Below are positions 10,370 to 20,113 of a DNA stretch of 35,922 bases, piece after piece (position 1 is the first letter of the stretch; every line of letters starts with the position of its first letter). Location of the stretch: the IMG/VR virus record IMGVR_UViG_3300029179_000014, positions 1-35,922 of that record; one strand, written 5' to 3'. The position numbers and the translations under genes were made by a program. Source of the stretch: a virus (Duplodnaviria; Caudoviricetes). The notes under the pieces are model-generated. The model did not search any database, had not been told where the DNA came from, and saw only the letters and a list, made by a program, of their open reading frames with translations.

Positions 10370-13300
10370 GTTTGCGATTGTTGGAGAGCCAGTTTTAGAT
10401 GTTGCACCAGCCGAAAGTTTAGGGGCAGCGATCGCGTTTGTCACCCGATCGGGTGAAGCTGCCTTCTTGGCTAGAATTGGCAGCGATACTCCCACCATTG
10501 TACTGGCGATGCCACCTACCTCGATCGCCGGAATAGCGACTATATCTGTAGCGGGAGCGGGAATTCGCACGGTAGGTCAAGTTTCAGCGGGAGGAAGAAC
10601 TTATTCTGAAGCGGCGATCGCTTCATCAATTCAGCCGGGAGAATTCCTTTTCGATCCGGTTGCCCAAACAATTCAAATAGCAACTGTCGCCGCCATACCT
10701 CCAGGCGCACCGATACAAGTGCAAGCAAGTACAGGGTCGTCAACCTCCAACACTTCGCTAACCGTTCCCGCATCTGACTTTGCTGCCACCCCAACAGCGC
10801 CTGGAAATTTTGTTGATGAAATTGCCGTGCCGATGGCAGAAGATTTCGCGCTAACTTCGGCAATTCTAGAACCAACTTTTGCGGTTAGTAACGCAACAGA
10901 ACTTTTTGGAATATTTACGACAGGACAACTAACAGCAGTTCATGGCGAAGATTGGGCGCTAACTTTGGCAATGCCCTTGCTAATTCGCGAAGGAGAGATT
11001 GAAGTTGGTGCAGGACTAGAGCCGTTGTTGGTGCAAGGTAACGGAGAGAATTTAGATTATTATTTCGATCCTGCAACCAACAAGCTTCGATACAGGATTG
11101 CGGGAAGAGGACAGACTTCGCTCAACGTTCTGTTGGGTAAATTAGAACTTGAAACCAACGCAGTACTGCCGCCGTTCCCAGATTTGTTTAGGATCTTGCC
11201 GTTAGAAGGAACGTTTTCCTGGTCAGAGGGGTTTGAACAACAACCATCGGGAAGTTTTAATTTTCGGACTTTAGCTGCTTTAAAGGAAGTGGCGATCGCT
11301 CTGTTGCGACCGGGAACAACCTTTACCGCTTTCGGCGTAGGATTCGCCATTACAAACCTGCAAATAACTGAGATCCCTTATTCTCAGCAACCAATGCGAC
11401 CGATCCAGGTTTCAGTAAGTCTGGGCGGGATGCACGAGTATTGCTTAGATAATCCCATCGTACTGGGAAGAGATGGAGTAAGTACGGTAACAACAACCGG
11501 AGCTTATTTCGATCCAGAATGCGGCAAGCCTCCTGCGAGTGCAACTGTTGCGGCGACGGGAATAACAATGGCGCAGACCGCGATCGCTGCTGGGTGCAAT
11601 TACATCGGCCCAGCACTTTCAATTGAGACGCCAAGCGAACCAACGATTTCAACGTTTGGGCAGGAGTTGCAAGCCAGAATCCGGCAGTTGGGCGCATTTG
11701 TTAATTATTCAAACCCCAATGGAGTAGAAGTAAAGTCGATTTCTGCCGTCAATAATTGGGCGATCGCCGAAGAGGATATTGCCGGAGAAATATCGCTATC
11801 GGTACAAGGAATTAAGCCGCAACAGATAGGAGTTGGCGGCAATTTCGATCCCTTGCCGCCAGGTGGAAATATCCCGGCAGCCTTGCTAGAACCAGAAGAA
11901 CCAAGGCTCAGAGATGAGGACCAAACAATTTTTCCGTACAGCGAGCATTACTATCCGCCGCATCGAATCGACGGACGATTTAATCAAGCTGGGGTTACTG
12001 GTAATTCAGAAGATACCCAATCCAACAAAGCAGACAATCTAGCGCCCCAATGGCGCAGAATTCCATCAGTAAAAGAACGGCGAGTTGAGGGAGATAAAGA
12101 TCCTCAAGTTCCACCAGCGAATACGGGGAGAATCAAGTCGCTTGATTGCAACAGCGTCGATGGCAGCGGAGTAAAAAAGGTAGAAGTAATTACCGAGCTA
12201 GAAGATGGGGTGGTCACCAGAGAAGAGGAAAACACTTGGGGTTTTGTCGTTTATGGGCGCGAATTATTTGATGCTAACGGGGAGCTAGTAGGGGTTGCAG
12301 GGGAGACGGCTTGGCGTCAAATTGGGACAAAGAAAACCGAACACTTCTTCGACGGGAAGACCGGCTATAGGTTAGGTTGTGACACTAGCGGCTGGATACT
12401 AACTCGCTACGAATCAGAGAACCCACAAGCGCCAGAAACTGTAGCGTTAGAACCGGGGAGCGAAGATTACAATTTATACAATTTTAAATACGCATTTTTT
12501 ACCAACGCGATCGCCGGAAAAAACAGAGATTACTTGCTACCTCACTGGCGATTCTACAAGGACGATTCCAAGCTTGAAGGAGTAGAGATTTACTGGACTT
12601 GCCTACCAAACGGGGAGAAGGTTCCCCGCGTTGCTTACGATCCGAATTACCGCAGCACTTACTTCATTGCAGCATCAGCAACGCATGAGAACAGCTTCGC
12701 CTCTGCCAAAAATCCCGACGACGATCCGCCCGACGATCCCAAACCAAAACTAACAACAGGACAAGAAACTTTTCATCGCAGCTTTGTGCGAATCAATCAA
12801 AGTAAAAATACCCGCAACAGCATCAGCAGATTTGACGACGGACGCAACGTTTCTGATTTTATGGAAGGTAGCGTGCTGGAGGCTCCGTTTTCACCGAATC
12901 GGCTTCAAGATGATTCTTACAGCTCTTATTCCAGCGACTTCAACGCCACAGATCCGGGCTTTAACGCTTCTTTGGAAATAACCAAGTTGCAACACAACCA
13001 AGGCAGGCCACCCGAAGCGCCGCGCAAAGCGATCGCCTACGAAAAGATCGAACCACCAGAACCCATTACTGGGGACGAGAATAAGAAGAAAGATCCGACC
13101 AAATATCAATACTTGGCATCTACTCCCCACAGTTACGATCCGGCATACCAAAGGAACGTGCAGCCGAACTTTCCGGTGGAAGGAGGAACGCTATCCTATC
13201 CGCACGCCAAAACATTAGCAGAAGCTCAACTGGCGGCGAAGACAGACATTACAATTAAAAACTGGCAGAACTCAGCGACAGAAAACTTAACCGCGAAGTT

Positions 13301-13625
13301 TTCACCGCAGTTTAAATCGGGCGATCGCCTAACTTACGTCGCTAACGGGATTCGGCGGAAAAGAAGGATTCTGGGGGTGCGCCATAGCGTCGAGATTCAA
13401 GGGTTAGTGGGCGGCTCGTCTTTAGTGACAAGTCCAGGGACGCAACTCACCCTTGCCATTGACAGAGAGACTCCCTGCGATTTCTCCCAAAGACCAGAAC
13501 CGTTACTCGACGATCGAGACGAAAACAACCAACGGCAGTATGAATTGGATATCTTTTTTATTAAAGGCGAACAGCCATTAGGAGAATTGTTATTCCCCGA
13601 CACGGTAACTAGGAGGAACTTTTGA
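10368..13625 (+). CDS. Large putative tail / baseplate hub protein (1085 aa)
   Basis: Long ORF in the structural module. The C-terminal P.FKSGDRL...RILGVRHSVEI..G....T.LTL pattern resembles tail hub proteins. Confidence 0.55.
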   Translation: MFAIVGEPVLDVAPAESLGAAIAFVTRSGEAAFLARIGSDTPTIVLAMPPTSIAGIATISVAGAGIRTVGQVSAGGRTYSEAAIASSIQPGEFLFDPVAQTIQIATVAAIPPGAPIQVQASTGSSTSNTSLTVPASDFAATPTAPGNFVDEIAVPMAEDFALTSAILEPTFAVSNATELFGIFTTGQLTAVHGEDWALTLAMPLLIREGEIEVGAGLEPLLVQGNGENLDYYFDPATNKLRYRIAGRGQTSLNVLLGKLELETNAVLPPFPDLFRILPLEGTFSWSEGFEQQPSGSFNFRTLAALKEVAIALLRPGTTFTAFGVGFAITNLQITEIPYSQQPMRPIQVSVSLGGMHEYCLDNPIVLGRDGVSTVTTTGAYFDPECGKPPASATVAATGITMAQTAIAAGCNYIGPALSIETPSEPTISTFGQELQARIRQLGAFVNYSNPNGVEVKSISAVNNWAIAEEDIAGEISLSVQGIKPQQIGVGGNFDPLPPGGNIPAALLEPEEPRLRDEDQTIFPYSEHYYPPHRIDGRFNQAGVTGNSEDTQSNKADNLAPQWRRIPSVKERRVEGDKDPQVPPANTGRIKSLDCNSVDGSGVKKVEVITELEDGVVTREEENTWGFVVYGRELFDANGELVGVAGETAWRQIGTKKTEHFFDGKTGYRLGCDTSGWILTRYESENPQAPETVALEPGSEDYNLYNFKYAFFTNAIAGKNRDYLLPHWRFYKDDSKLEGVEIYWTCLPNGEKVPRVAYDPNYRSTYFIAASATHENSFASAKNPDDDPPDDPKPKLTTGQETFHRSFVRINQSKNTRNSISRFDDGRNVSDFMEGSVLEAPFSPNRLQDDSYSSYSSDFNATDPGFNASLEITKLQHNQGRPPEAPRKAIAYEKIEPPEPITGDENKKKDPTKYQYLASTPHSYDPAYQRNVQPNFPVEGGTLSYPHAKTLAEAQLAAKTDITIKNWQNSATENLTAKFSPQFKSGDRLTYVANGIRRKRRILGVRHSVEIQGLVGGSSLVTSPGTQLTLAIDRETPCDFSQRPEPLLDDRDENNQRQYELDIFFIKGEQPLGELLFPDTVTRRNF

Positions 13626-13774
13626 TGAACAACGATAGATTGCTTGCTAGAACGATCGTAGAAACGATTAAGAGAGAAAGACGAAACATTAACAAACAAA
13701 TTGCGGAAGCGATCGCTGCGTCTTTAAGCAACAAATCGCAACCAACTTACACAAAAATAATTGGTTGGAGATAG
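13625..13774 (+). CDS. Small hypothetical protein (49 aa, MNNDRLLART...), not in the ORF track
   Basis: TGATG coupling to the upstream stop; open frame to TAG at 13774; fills the gap between two co-oriented genes. Confidence 0.55.
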   Translation: MNNDRLLARTIVETIKRERRNINKQIAEAIAASLSNKSQPTYTKIIGWR

Positions 13775-13831
13775 GTGCGGAGCTACGCACGTTTCACGTT
13801 TGCAGAACTGCAATATTAATTTGGAGAAACC

Positions 13832-16063
13832 ATGCCCTGCGAATACGCTCACGGGATGCTCAGACTTCCCTTTTCAAATGCCAATATTGCCTTGATTCCA
13901 GGCTCTGGGCAGTTTTCCGGGCCTGGGACTTTGAGGTTGTTTTTCCAAGGGCGCAACCGGGCAGGGTACACGGTTGCAAGCTTGCCCATATCTCCAATTA
14001 ATTATGCGGCGACGGATGCAGTGCGAGTAACTTTTCCCGCAGCGGCAAGAACGGCAGCGACGGACTTTCATTACTACTGCCTCAGTCACAGTCCGACCGG
14101 CAACGCCTCCGAAGCGATCCAATTATTTGAGTGGCGGAATTACGAATTGGATCAGGTAACGCCGCGATCGCTAGGCGCAGTTACCCTATACCTTGACAAT
14201 CACGTTGCAGTATCTGGGGGAGGCGTGCCGATCCTTAATAGCGTCAGCGAATTACCAAGTGGAGCAAACGTACTACCAGGGATGATTCGCTATCTGTTAA
14301 GCGACGGTCACTACCGTTTCGACCCGTTTGCGCCATCGGGAGAGGGAGTAATCGAAAGACCTGGAGGAGAGAAATGGGTGAGGTTTGGATTAAATGGCGC
14401 GGGGAACCCAGCAATTGGATCGGTGCCGACGCCATTTGGAACTGCGGGATGCGCTGCGCCGGTGCAAGCGATTAGTCCCAGCACGATAATTGCCGCGCCG
14501 CCGTATCCAGCTGCTGGCCCACCCGTAAAGGGGACACCGATTAAATTGATATGGCGCAATAATTCGGGCAGTCCGCTAGCAGCGGGAGAGACTTTTAGAA
14601 TTGACGTTTTTCACGGGGCGCAGAACAAATCAAATTTGTACGCGCAGAAATTGAAGCTAAAAATTCACGGCTACGTAGACTTGGATGATGGATTTTTAGA
14701 TACGGTTGGGATAACTGTCGGGCAGGAGTTTGATTGGGATGGCACGCGGTTTTCCATTGTTTTAGAAAAAGATCTGCCAGATGGCGACGCGCTGCTTTTG
14801 TCGGTTGCACCGTTTTTCAGCAAGAGTCAGGTTGGCGAAGTTGATGGAGCGCTAATTAGCTTCTTACTTTCGCCTTGGGGTCAAGCGGGGGAACCGGCGC
14901 ACGGGCTGTGGGAAGCGTTCAAAGATTGCGTTTTTCCTGTAGGCGATCGCCTGCGAGTTCTTCCAGGTTCTGGGGGAGAAGCGATCGTATTGTCTGGCTC
15001 GGCACTGATTAAGCGCTACATGTTTCCCACTAAAAGCAAGCGTACCGTTGGGGGATTTCTACCGGGAGGAACGGGGCAGCAGTTGGCGATCGATGGAAAC
15101 GGGAATTGTTTTTCATATCCATCAAGCGCAACGCTGAGCAACGCAGAAGCCCTAAGAGCAAAGATTGGCATGGAACCGGGGCATTCTCGTGCCTCTGCCT
15201 GGTCGAATCAAATTACCGCAAATGGCAGCATCTTGGTTACGCTAGCCTATCCCTATGGCGCAAATGGGGGAATCGTGAGGGCAGATTACCCCACAGTTGG
15301 TGGCAAAGATGGGGCGAATTTTAATCCGCCATTTGTGCAATTGTACTTATTAAGGGTGGCAACTAACGAAATACTGAGAATCAACGCGCCGGTTTCTGTC
15401 GTCTCTGGAACGACTCAAACCGCCGTTATTTCAAGCCTGTCTGGATCGACAGTTGTTTCGGCTTTGCCCAACCCTCCACACGCAAACTTTTGCTTATTCG
15501 ATCCGCCGCAGGTAGCGATCGCGGTGGCAGCGGGAGGATCGCTGTCTGGCAATTTTCGGGTCGCGGCGGCCTACTATTTTGATGGCGGGGTAATTACCAG
15601 CATCAGTCACGATCCGAATGAAGGCTGCGTGCGGGAATTGCCGGTTGATTTGGTGGAAGCGATCGCCAAGTTAGCAACGCCAGACTTCGATGTCACCAAC
15701 GCATCTCCAAGCGCGATCGCCAAACTCTCCCCGGTCGTCCTTAACGGAGCGTCAACCGTCGTTTTAGCCAATGGCAGCAGCTTGGCACTATCGCGGATTT
15801 TGGGTTTAGCGATGTCGGCGATCGCGCCCGGTACAATCGGTGGGGTGCGACGCGATGGATCGATATCAGGAACGGCGACAGAGTGGGACGCGATCGCGGG
15901 CACGACAGGCGGTTTGATTCCGGGAAGCTATTATTTTTTGAACGTAAGCGAAGCGGGGAAAATTACCTCGTCTCCGCCTAATAGCGGACAATTAATAAAG
16001 CTCGGCATTGCTAAAAGCAGCACCGAGCTTATTCTTGATATTTCAGATCCGGTGGGACTTTAA
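13832..16063 (+). CDS. Putative tail / baseplate protein (743 aa)
   Basis: RBS GGAG before the ATG; G/A/S/P-rich beta protein. The C-terminal ~120 aa (GLA..AI..G..G.V...G..GL.PG..Y.L...G.I....P) resemble a module common in virion proteins. Confidence 0.6.
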   Translation: MPCEYAHGMLRLPFSNANIALIPGSGQFSGPGTLRLFFQGRNRAGYTVASLPISPINYAATDAVRVTFPAAARTAATDFHYYCLSHSPTGNASEAIQLFEWRNYELDQVTPRSLGAVTLYLDNHVAVSGGGVPILNSVSELPSGANVLPGMIRYLLSDGHYRFDPFAPSGEGVIERPGGEKWVRFGLNGAGNPAIGSVPTPFGTAGCAAPVQAISPSTIIAAPPYPAAGPPVKGTPIKLIWRNNSGSPLAAGETFRIDVFHGAQNKSNLYAQKLKLKIHGYVDLDDGFLDTVGITVGQEFDWDGTRFSIVLEKDLPDGDALLLSVAPFFSKSQVGEVDGALISFLLSPWGQAGEPAHGLWEAFKDCVFPVGDRLRVLPGSGGEAIVLSGSALIKRYMFPTKSKRTVGGFLPGGTGQQLAIDGNGNCFSYPSSATLSNAEALRAKIGMEPGHSRASAWSNQITANGSILVTLAYPYGANGGIVRADYPTVGGKDGANFNPPFVQLYLLRVATNEILRINAPVSVVSGTTQTAVISSLSGSTVVSALPNPPHANFCLFDPPQVAIAVAAGGSLSGNFRVAAAYYFDGGVITSISHDPNEGCVRELPVDLVEAIAKLATPDFDVTNASPSAIAKLSPVVLNGASTVVLANGSSLALSRILGLAMSAIAPGTIGGVRRDGSISGTATEWDAIAGTTGGLIPGSYYFLNVSEAGKITSSPPNSGQLIKLGIAKSSTELILDISDPVGL
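15976..16063 (+). repeat. Copy 1 of an ~88-bp diverged direct repeat (3' end of the 743-aa gene)
   Basis: Matches 18301-18319 joined to 20049-20116. Contains the inverted repeat AAGCTCGG...CCGAGCTT. Confidence 0.9.
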
Positions 16064-16131
16064 AAGCTCAACAGAAAGATTCCGGATGGATGCAGATGGA
16101 TCGTTTGATAAATTATGTTAGACACTGCTAA

Positions 16132-17196
16132 ATGAATTCCTCGTATCGTCCTCAGATTTACAATCCTAGCGCTGGGCAGATGCAGCGCTTGCCCGCAGGC
16201 TCGTTTGTAGAAGTTGACGGGATCGTGCAACCCGCGATCGCCCAAGTCCTAGCCGCTAACTCGACCATTAACCCGACCGGCGCGATCGTGGCAATTAGTT
16301 CAGCGTCTGCGATCGCGCTAACCAGCACGCCTACGATCGCAGATGGAGCGTCGGGAAAATTCCAGCAATTGATATTAATCAATGTTGGGAGCCAGGATAT
16401 AACCTTGCAGGATAGCGCGACGCTGGCAAATAGCGGATTGAGATTATTTAAAAATACGTGGACAATCAAGCCTAATCGTAGCTTGACCCTGATTTATCGA
16501 GGGGACGACTGGCAACAGCTATTTGATGGGGAGACTTTATCTGACAGCGATATATTAGCGGCGATATTGCGAACCGACGCAGACAACGCAGGCATAAACG
16601 CCTCAACACTTCAGGGATTGGCGCGATCGGGTTTTTTACAAGCAAGTAACAACTTATCAGATCTAGCAAGTCGCACAACCGCACGAACAAACATCGAGGC
16701 GAGTAGCCCGTTCTGGAATGCTGCCAAAATCATGGGAGTGGAGGTAAGTCCATCTGCGCCAAGCCAAGGGCAGTCGCTAGTATTTAACAGCGCAACCAAT
16801 CAATACGTCCCAGGCACGGTCGCACCCACGCTCACCACCAATAGCTTTTCTATTGGTGAGATTGCACCAGGACAGGGAATTGACTATGCGATCGCTGGCA
16901 TCAAACGTAGCTTCAATCTGCTAGCAATCGAGGCAAGTTCTCCCGCTAGAGTCAGGTTTTACACCTCTTCTGATAAGAGGTTTAGCGATCGCGATCGCCC
17001 CATCGGCACTTCCCCAACAACAGCGAACAATAATCATGGGCTGCTCTGCGAAGTAGCGCTAAGTAGCACTTTGCGAATTAATCTAGCCCCATCCCCTACA
17101 ATTTATAGTGAAGCGAATCCCGTTTCAGTTCCGATTCGCGTCAATAATTTGGACGCGATCGCGAGAAATATTACTCTAGCTTTGACCTACATTTAA
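16132..17196 (+). CDS. Tail-fibre-like protein
   Basis: A/S/T-rich, with NASTLQG, NNLSDLAS..TARTNI and PSQGQSLVFNS linker motifs typical of fibres. Confidence 0.65.
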   Translation: MNSSYRPQIYNPSAGQMQRLPAGSFVEVDGIVQPAIAQVLAANSTINPTGAIVAISSASAIALTSTPTIADGASGKFQQLILINVGSQDITLQDSATLANSGLRLFKNTWTIKPNRSLTLIYRGDDWQQLFDGETLSDSDILAAILRTDADNAGINASTLQGLARSGFLQASNNLSDLASRTTARTNIEASSPFWNAAKIMGVEVSPSAPSQGQSLVFNSATNQYVPGTVAPTLTTNSFSIGEIAPGQGIDYAIAGIKRSFNLLAIEASSPARVRFYTSSDKRFSDRDRPIGTSPTTANNNHGLLCEVALSSTLRINLAPSPTIYSEANPVSVPIRVNNLDAIARNITLALTYI

Positions 17197-17198
17197 CT

Positions 17199-18011
17199 AT
17201 GCCCGTCGCTTATACTTCCAGTGTACTGTCGCAACTATGGACGAGATCCGCGATCGCTACCGAAATAGATACCAGACTGGTTGCGATTGGATACACGCGA
17301 AGATTTTTAAATACCGCGTCCAACCCATGTTGGGGAGTTTATTCGATTGCCGCTCCCAACCCAGGCAATATACCAATATTCTTGAGGTTTAGGATTGGCG
17401 AAGTAAACGCCACAACCGTCGATTTTGACTGGGGGGTAGGAGACGGACACCCTAACGTCAATTCGGAAGCAATCAGTAACGTTTCTGACGCTTTTGAAGG
17501 TGGCGGCAGACACCAAATATCGTGGTCGGCGAACGAGCAAGTTCCTTTACGTTTTGAAAGTTTTAGTTCTTCTGAAATTAAGTTGGTTAGCGTACATAGG
17601 CCAGGTGCTAGTCAAAGTTTAAATAATATTGGATTGTTTTTCCCTGATGCCAAGACTACTTGGTGGTCTTCCTCGAACAAAGCTTACGGGTTCATTGCAA
17701 GAAATCAAGATTGCACTTTGTTTAGAACCTACAAAGGTAGCCCGGTCATCAACAACACAACGGCTGTTTGTGACATGAATATTGCATGGCACAATTTAGT
17801 GCAAGTAAATAAAGGGGGGACAAAAGATACCCCTATCGGCAGCGTTTCGGTCACCAGCGGAGAAGGGGGTTGGATCGGCACTTTCTCTAGCGACTTTGGA
17901 TTGATTCATGGCGGAGGACTCAATACGCAATCCGAACAAAGATCGATCTCTGGAGGAATTTATCAAACGCGACAGAACGGCGCAGAATGTTTGTTGATTA
18001 GGATTAGTTAA
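17199..18011 (+). CDS. Hypothetical, probable fibre / receptor-binding-associated protein
   Basis: 270 aa, starts 2 bp after the fibre gene, beta-rich. Confidence 0.55.
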   Translation: MPVAYTSSVLSQLWTRSAIATEIDTRLVAIGYTRRFLNTASNPCWGVYSIAAPNPGNIPIFLRFRIGEVNATTVDFDWGVGDGHPNVNSEAISNVSDAFEGGGRHQISWSANEQVPLRFESFSSSEIKLVSVHRPGASQSLNNIGLFFPDAKTTWWSSSNKAYGFIARNQDCTLFRTYKGSPVINNTTAVCDMNIAWHNLVQVNKGGTKDTPIGSVSVTSGEGGWIGTFSSDFGLIHGGGLNTQSEQRSISGGIYQTRQNGAECLLIRIS

Positions 18012-18295
18012 TGGAACCTTCGCTGCCTATTTTTATCAATCCAACTTGGGGGACAAGTATCGACAGCGGTGGAATTGCGCTGTTAATCTCCCCGTTTTTT
18101 GCGCCTTCCGGTCAACTAGAAAACACAAATGGAAGCGCTGATGCAGCGCTTCCTGATACCGCGATCGCAGATGATATTCTGGCTATCTTTATCGCTCCAG
18201 CCTGGTACTCAGATCCGCCGACGTTTGCGATCGCGGGTGCTGGTGGGAACGCGATCGCCCCCACTCAAGGGCAATTGTTTCCTTTGGGGGTTTGA
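18011..18295 (+). CDS. Small hypothetical virion-associated protein
   Basis: TAATG coupling to the upstream gene; internal repeat IFINPTW / IFIAPAW. Confidence 0.55.
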   Translation: MEPSLPIFINPTWGTSIDSGGIALLISPFFAPSGQLENTNGSADAALPDTAIADDILAIFIAPAWYSDPPTFAIAGAGGNAIAPTQGQLFPLGV

Positions 18296-18336
18296 GTTTT
18301 GCCCAACAGGGGACAATTATTGACATCCTCCCACCG

Positions 18337-19626
18337 CTAATTCGGAGTACCGAATATAGCGGGGGATTCCCAAGAGTTCTTGGTTCGCAGTTCATCGAGC
18401 CGACTTAGAGCAAGAGCGTCTCCGTTCTTGAGCCAGAGGTCAGTTTCTCCCTGCGCTTTCGAGCTTTTGGCTCCAGATTCCGTATGCCCTACGGTACTGT
18501 TTAAGTACTCAGCTAACAGCTTAAATCCCTTTACCAAGATGTTTTTTGCTGCGTTGTGGTCACGGTCTAACACTGTGCCACATGCACTACATCTATGAGT
18601 TCTGGTACTAAGTGTCTTCTTCACCTTTGCCCCACAATATGAACAATCAACAGTCGTATTGTGGGGTGGTACAGCGATAACTATAACACCATGAACTTTA
18701 GCAAAATATTGAAGCCAGCGAGTGAATTGATACCAAGACGCATCACTAATGGACTTGGCTAAGTGGTGATTTTTCACCATATTTTGTATTTTCAAGTCCT
18801 CGTAGACGATTAAATCGTTAGACTTAACTAGCGCCAAAGCATCTTTACGAGCCTTGTCTTCACGCTGTCTACTTATCTTGAGGTGCCCTTTTGCTAAAGC
18901 CTTACGTGCTTTGTGGTATCTGTTAGACTGTTTTTTCCCTTTGACGTGCTTCTTGGAAACTCTGCGCTGAAGCATTTTCAATCTTCGCTCAGACTTTCGT
19001 AAGTATCGAGGGTTGTCTACAGTGTTGCCATCAGAATCGGTGTAGAACTCTTTGAGTCCTAAATCAATTCCCGTCATTTTCCCTTGAAACTCATGTTCCT
19101 CTCGTCTATCCCAATCCACTAGGAACTGAGCATAGTAGCCGTCAGAGCGTCTGATAACTCGAACTCTAGAGATTTGTTTTTCTGAGTACCAGGCTAAATC
19201 TCTAGAACTCCATAAGTCCATTGTTCCGACCTCAAAACCGTCAGTGAAAGTTATCTGGCGTCTGTCAGCAGATAGCTTCCATCCACTATTTTTGTACTCG
19301 ACGGAACGACTAAACTTTTTGTATTTTGGGTATCCCTTCTTTCCGGATTTCCCCAATCTACAGTTCTCATAAAAACGCTGAATGGCAGACCACGCCCTAT
19401 CAGCGTGAGCCTGCCTAGCTTGAGAGTTGAGCTTCTTTGCCCAAGGAAACTCCTTGTTCTTAGATAGTACCGAGCAAAGCTTTTGGAGGTCGTTTCTAGT
19501 GACCCCCTTATTGTCTTCCCAATAGCGCAAACAGGTATTGCGGATGAATTGTCCTGTGCGGATTGCTTCATCTAACTTATTGTATTGCGCTTGAGTTCCT
19601 TTGAGCTTGGCTTCGATTACTAGCAT
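18337..19626 (-). CDS. tnpB: RNA-guided endonuclease TnpB
   Basis: RuvC motifs GIDLG / VYEDL / DRDHNAA and zinc finger CSYC..CSAC. Confidence 0.95.
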   Translation of the reverse strand: MLVIEAKLKGTQAQYNKLDEAIRTGQFIRNTCLRYWEDNKGVTRNDLQKLCSVLSKNKEFPWAKKLNSQARQAHADRAWSAIQRFYENCRLGKSGKKGYPKYKKFSRSVEYKNSGWKLSADRRQITFTDGFEVGTMDLWSSRDLAWYSEKQISRVRVIRRSDGYYAQFLVDWDRREEHEFQGKMTGIDLGLKEFYTDSDGNTVDNPRYLRKSERRLKMLQRRVSKKHVKGKKQSNRYHKARKALAKGHLKISRQREDKARKDALALVKSNDLIVYEDLKIQNMVKNHHLAKSISDASWYQFTRWLQYFAKVHGVIVIAVPPHNTTVDCSYCGAKVKKTLSTRTHRCSACGTVLDRDHNAAKNILVKGFKLLAEYLNSTVGHTESGAKSSKAQGETDLWLKNGDALALSRLDELRTKNSWESPAIFGTPN

Positions 19627-19711
19627 GGTAGAATCATATCATATTTTACCTGCCATAAACACGGGTAATCTAGTAGGCTTAAACATTTTTTTGTACAAAG
19701 GAACTCTAGTT

Positions 19712-19924
19712 GTGAAAGAAGTTGATGGAATTCCTCGCAGAATCAGACTCGACTTGCTATCCCCTGCCGAGACTGCAATACATCAAGCAATCCAAGTAGT
19801 GGAGGAAGTTGGCGCACACCTCCTATTGACCGAGGCTGTGATTTTGTTAGGTCAGGCAAAAGATAAGGTTTCAGACTACATGGATGAACACGCCGACTGG
19901 CTTGCACGCGCTACCGAAGAATAA
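19712..19924 (+). CDS. Small helical hypothetical protein carried inside the IS (70 aa)
   Basis: GTG start at 19712 with AAAGGA upstream; divergent from tnpB; no HUH/Tyr motif of TnpA. Confidence 0.6.
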   Translation: MKEVDGIPRRIRLDLLSPAETAIHQAIQVVEEVGAHLLLTEAVILLGQAKDKVSDYMDEHADWLARATEE

Positions 19925-20113
19925 GGATTCGCTATCGCTCAATTGTTGGCTGGTCGGCATTCATCTCGCCGCTAAACCATTGGCGGTACTCGGCTGCGCC
20001 TCGATAAATCCGCCTCGGTTATAGCGGGAGCCTTCTGCCGACATTAAGGTAAAGCTCGGCATTGCGAAAAGCAGCACCGAGCTTATTCTTGATATTTCAG
20101 ATCCTGTGGGGTT

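Larger units (their letters stand above)
18320..20048 (-). mobile_element. IS200/IS605-family element with tnpB and a passenger ORF, no tnpA
   Basis: On the minus strand TTAC directly precedes the left end and the right end finishes GGAGGATGTCAA. Both ends have CCCGCTATA...TTAGCGG hairpins. Boundaries are fixed by the interrupted repeat; no target-site duplication. Confidence 0.88.

Noticed and set aside
10370-10570. N-terminal 67 aa of ORF 9689-10570
   Set aside because: It is the antisense shadow of the 1085-aa gene; ATG 10369 is the more plausible start.
2670-19626. TnpB genes as Cas12-like CRISPR effectors
   Set aside because: No repeat-spacer array was seen, and both genes have ordinary IS ends.
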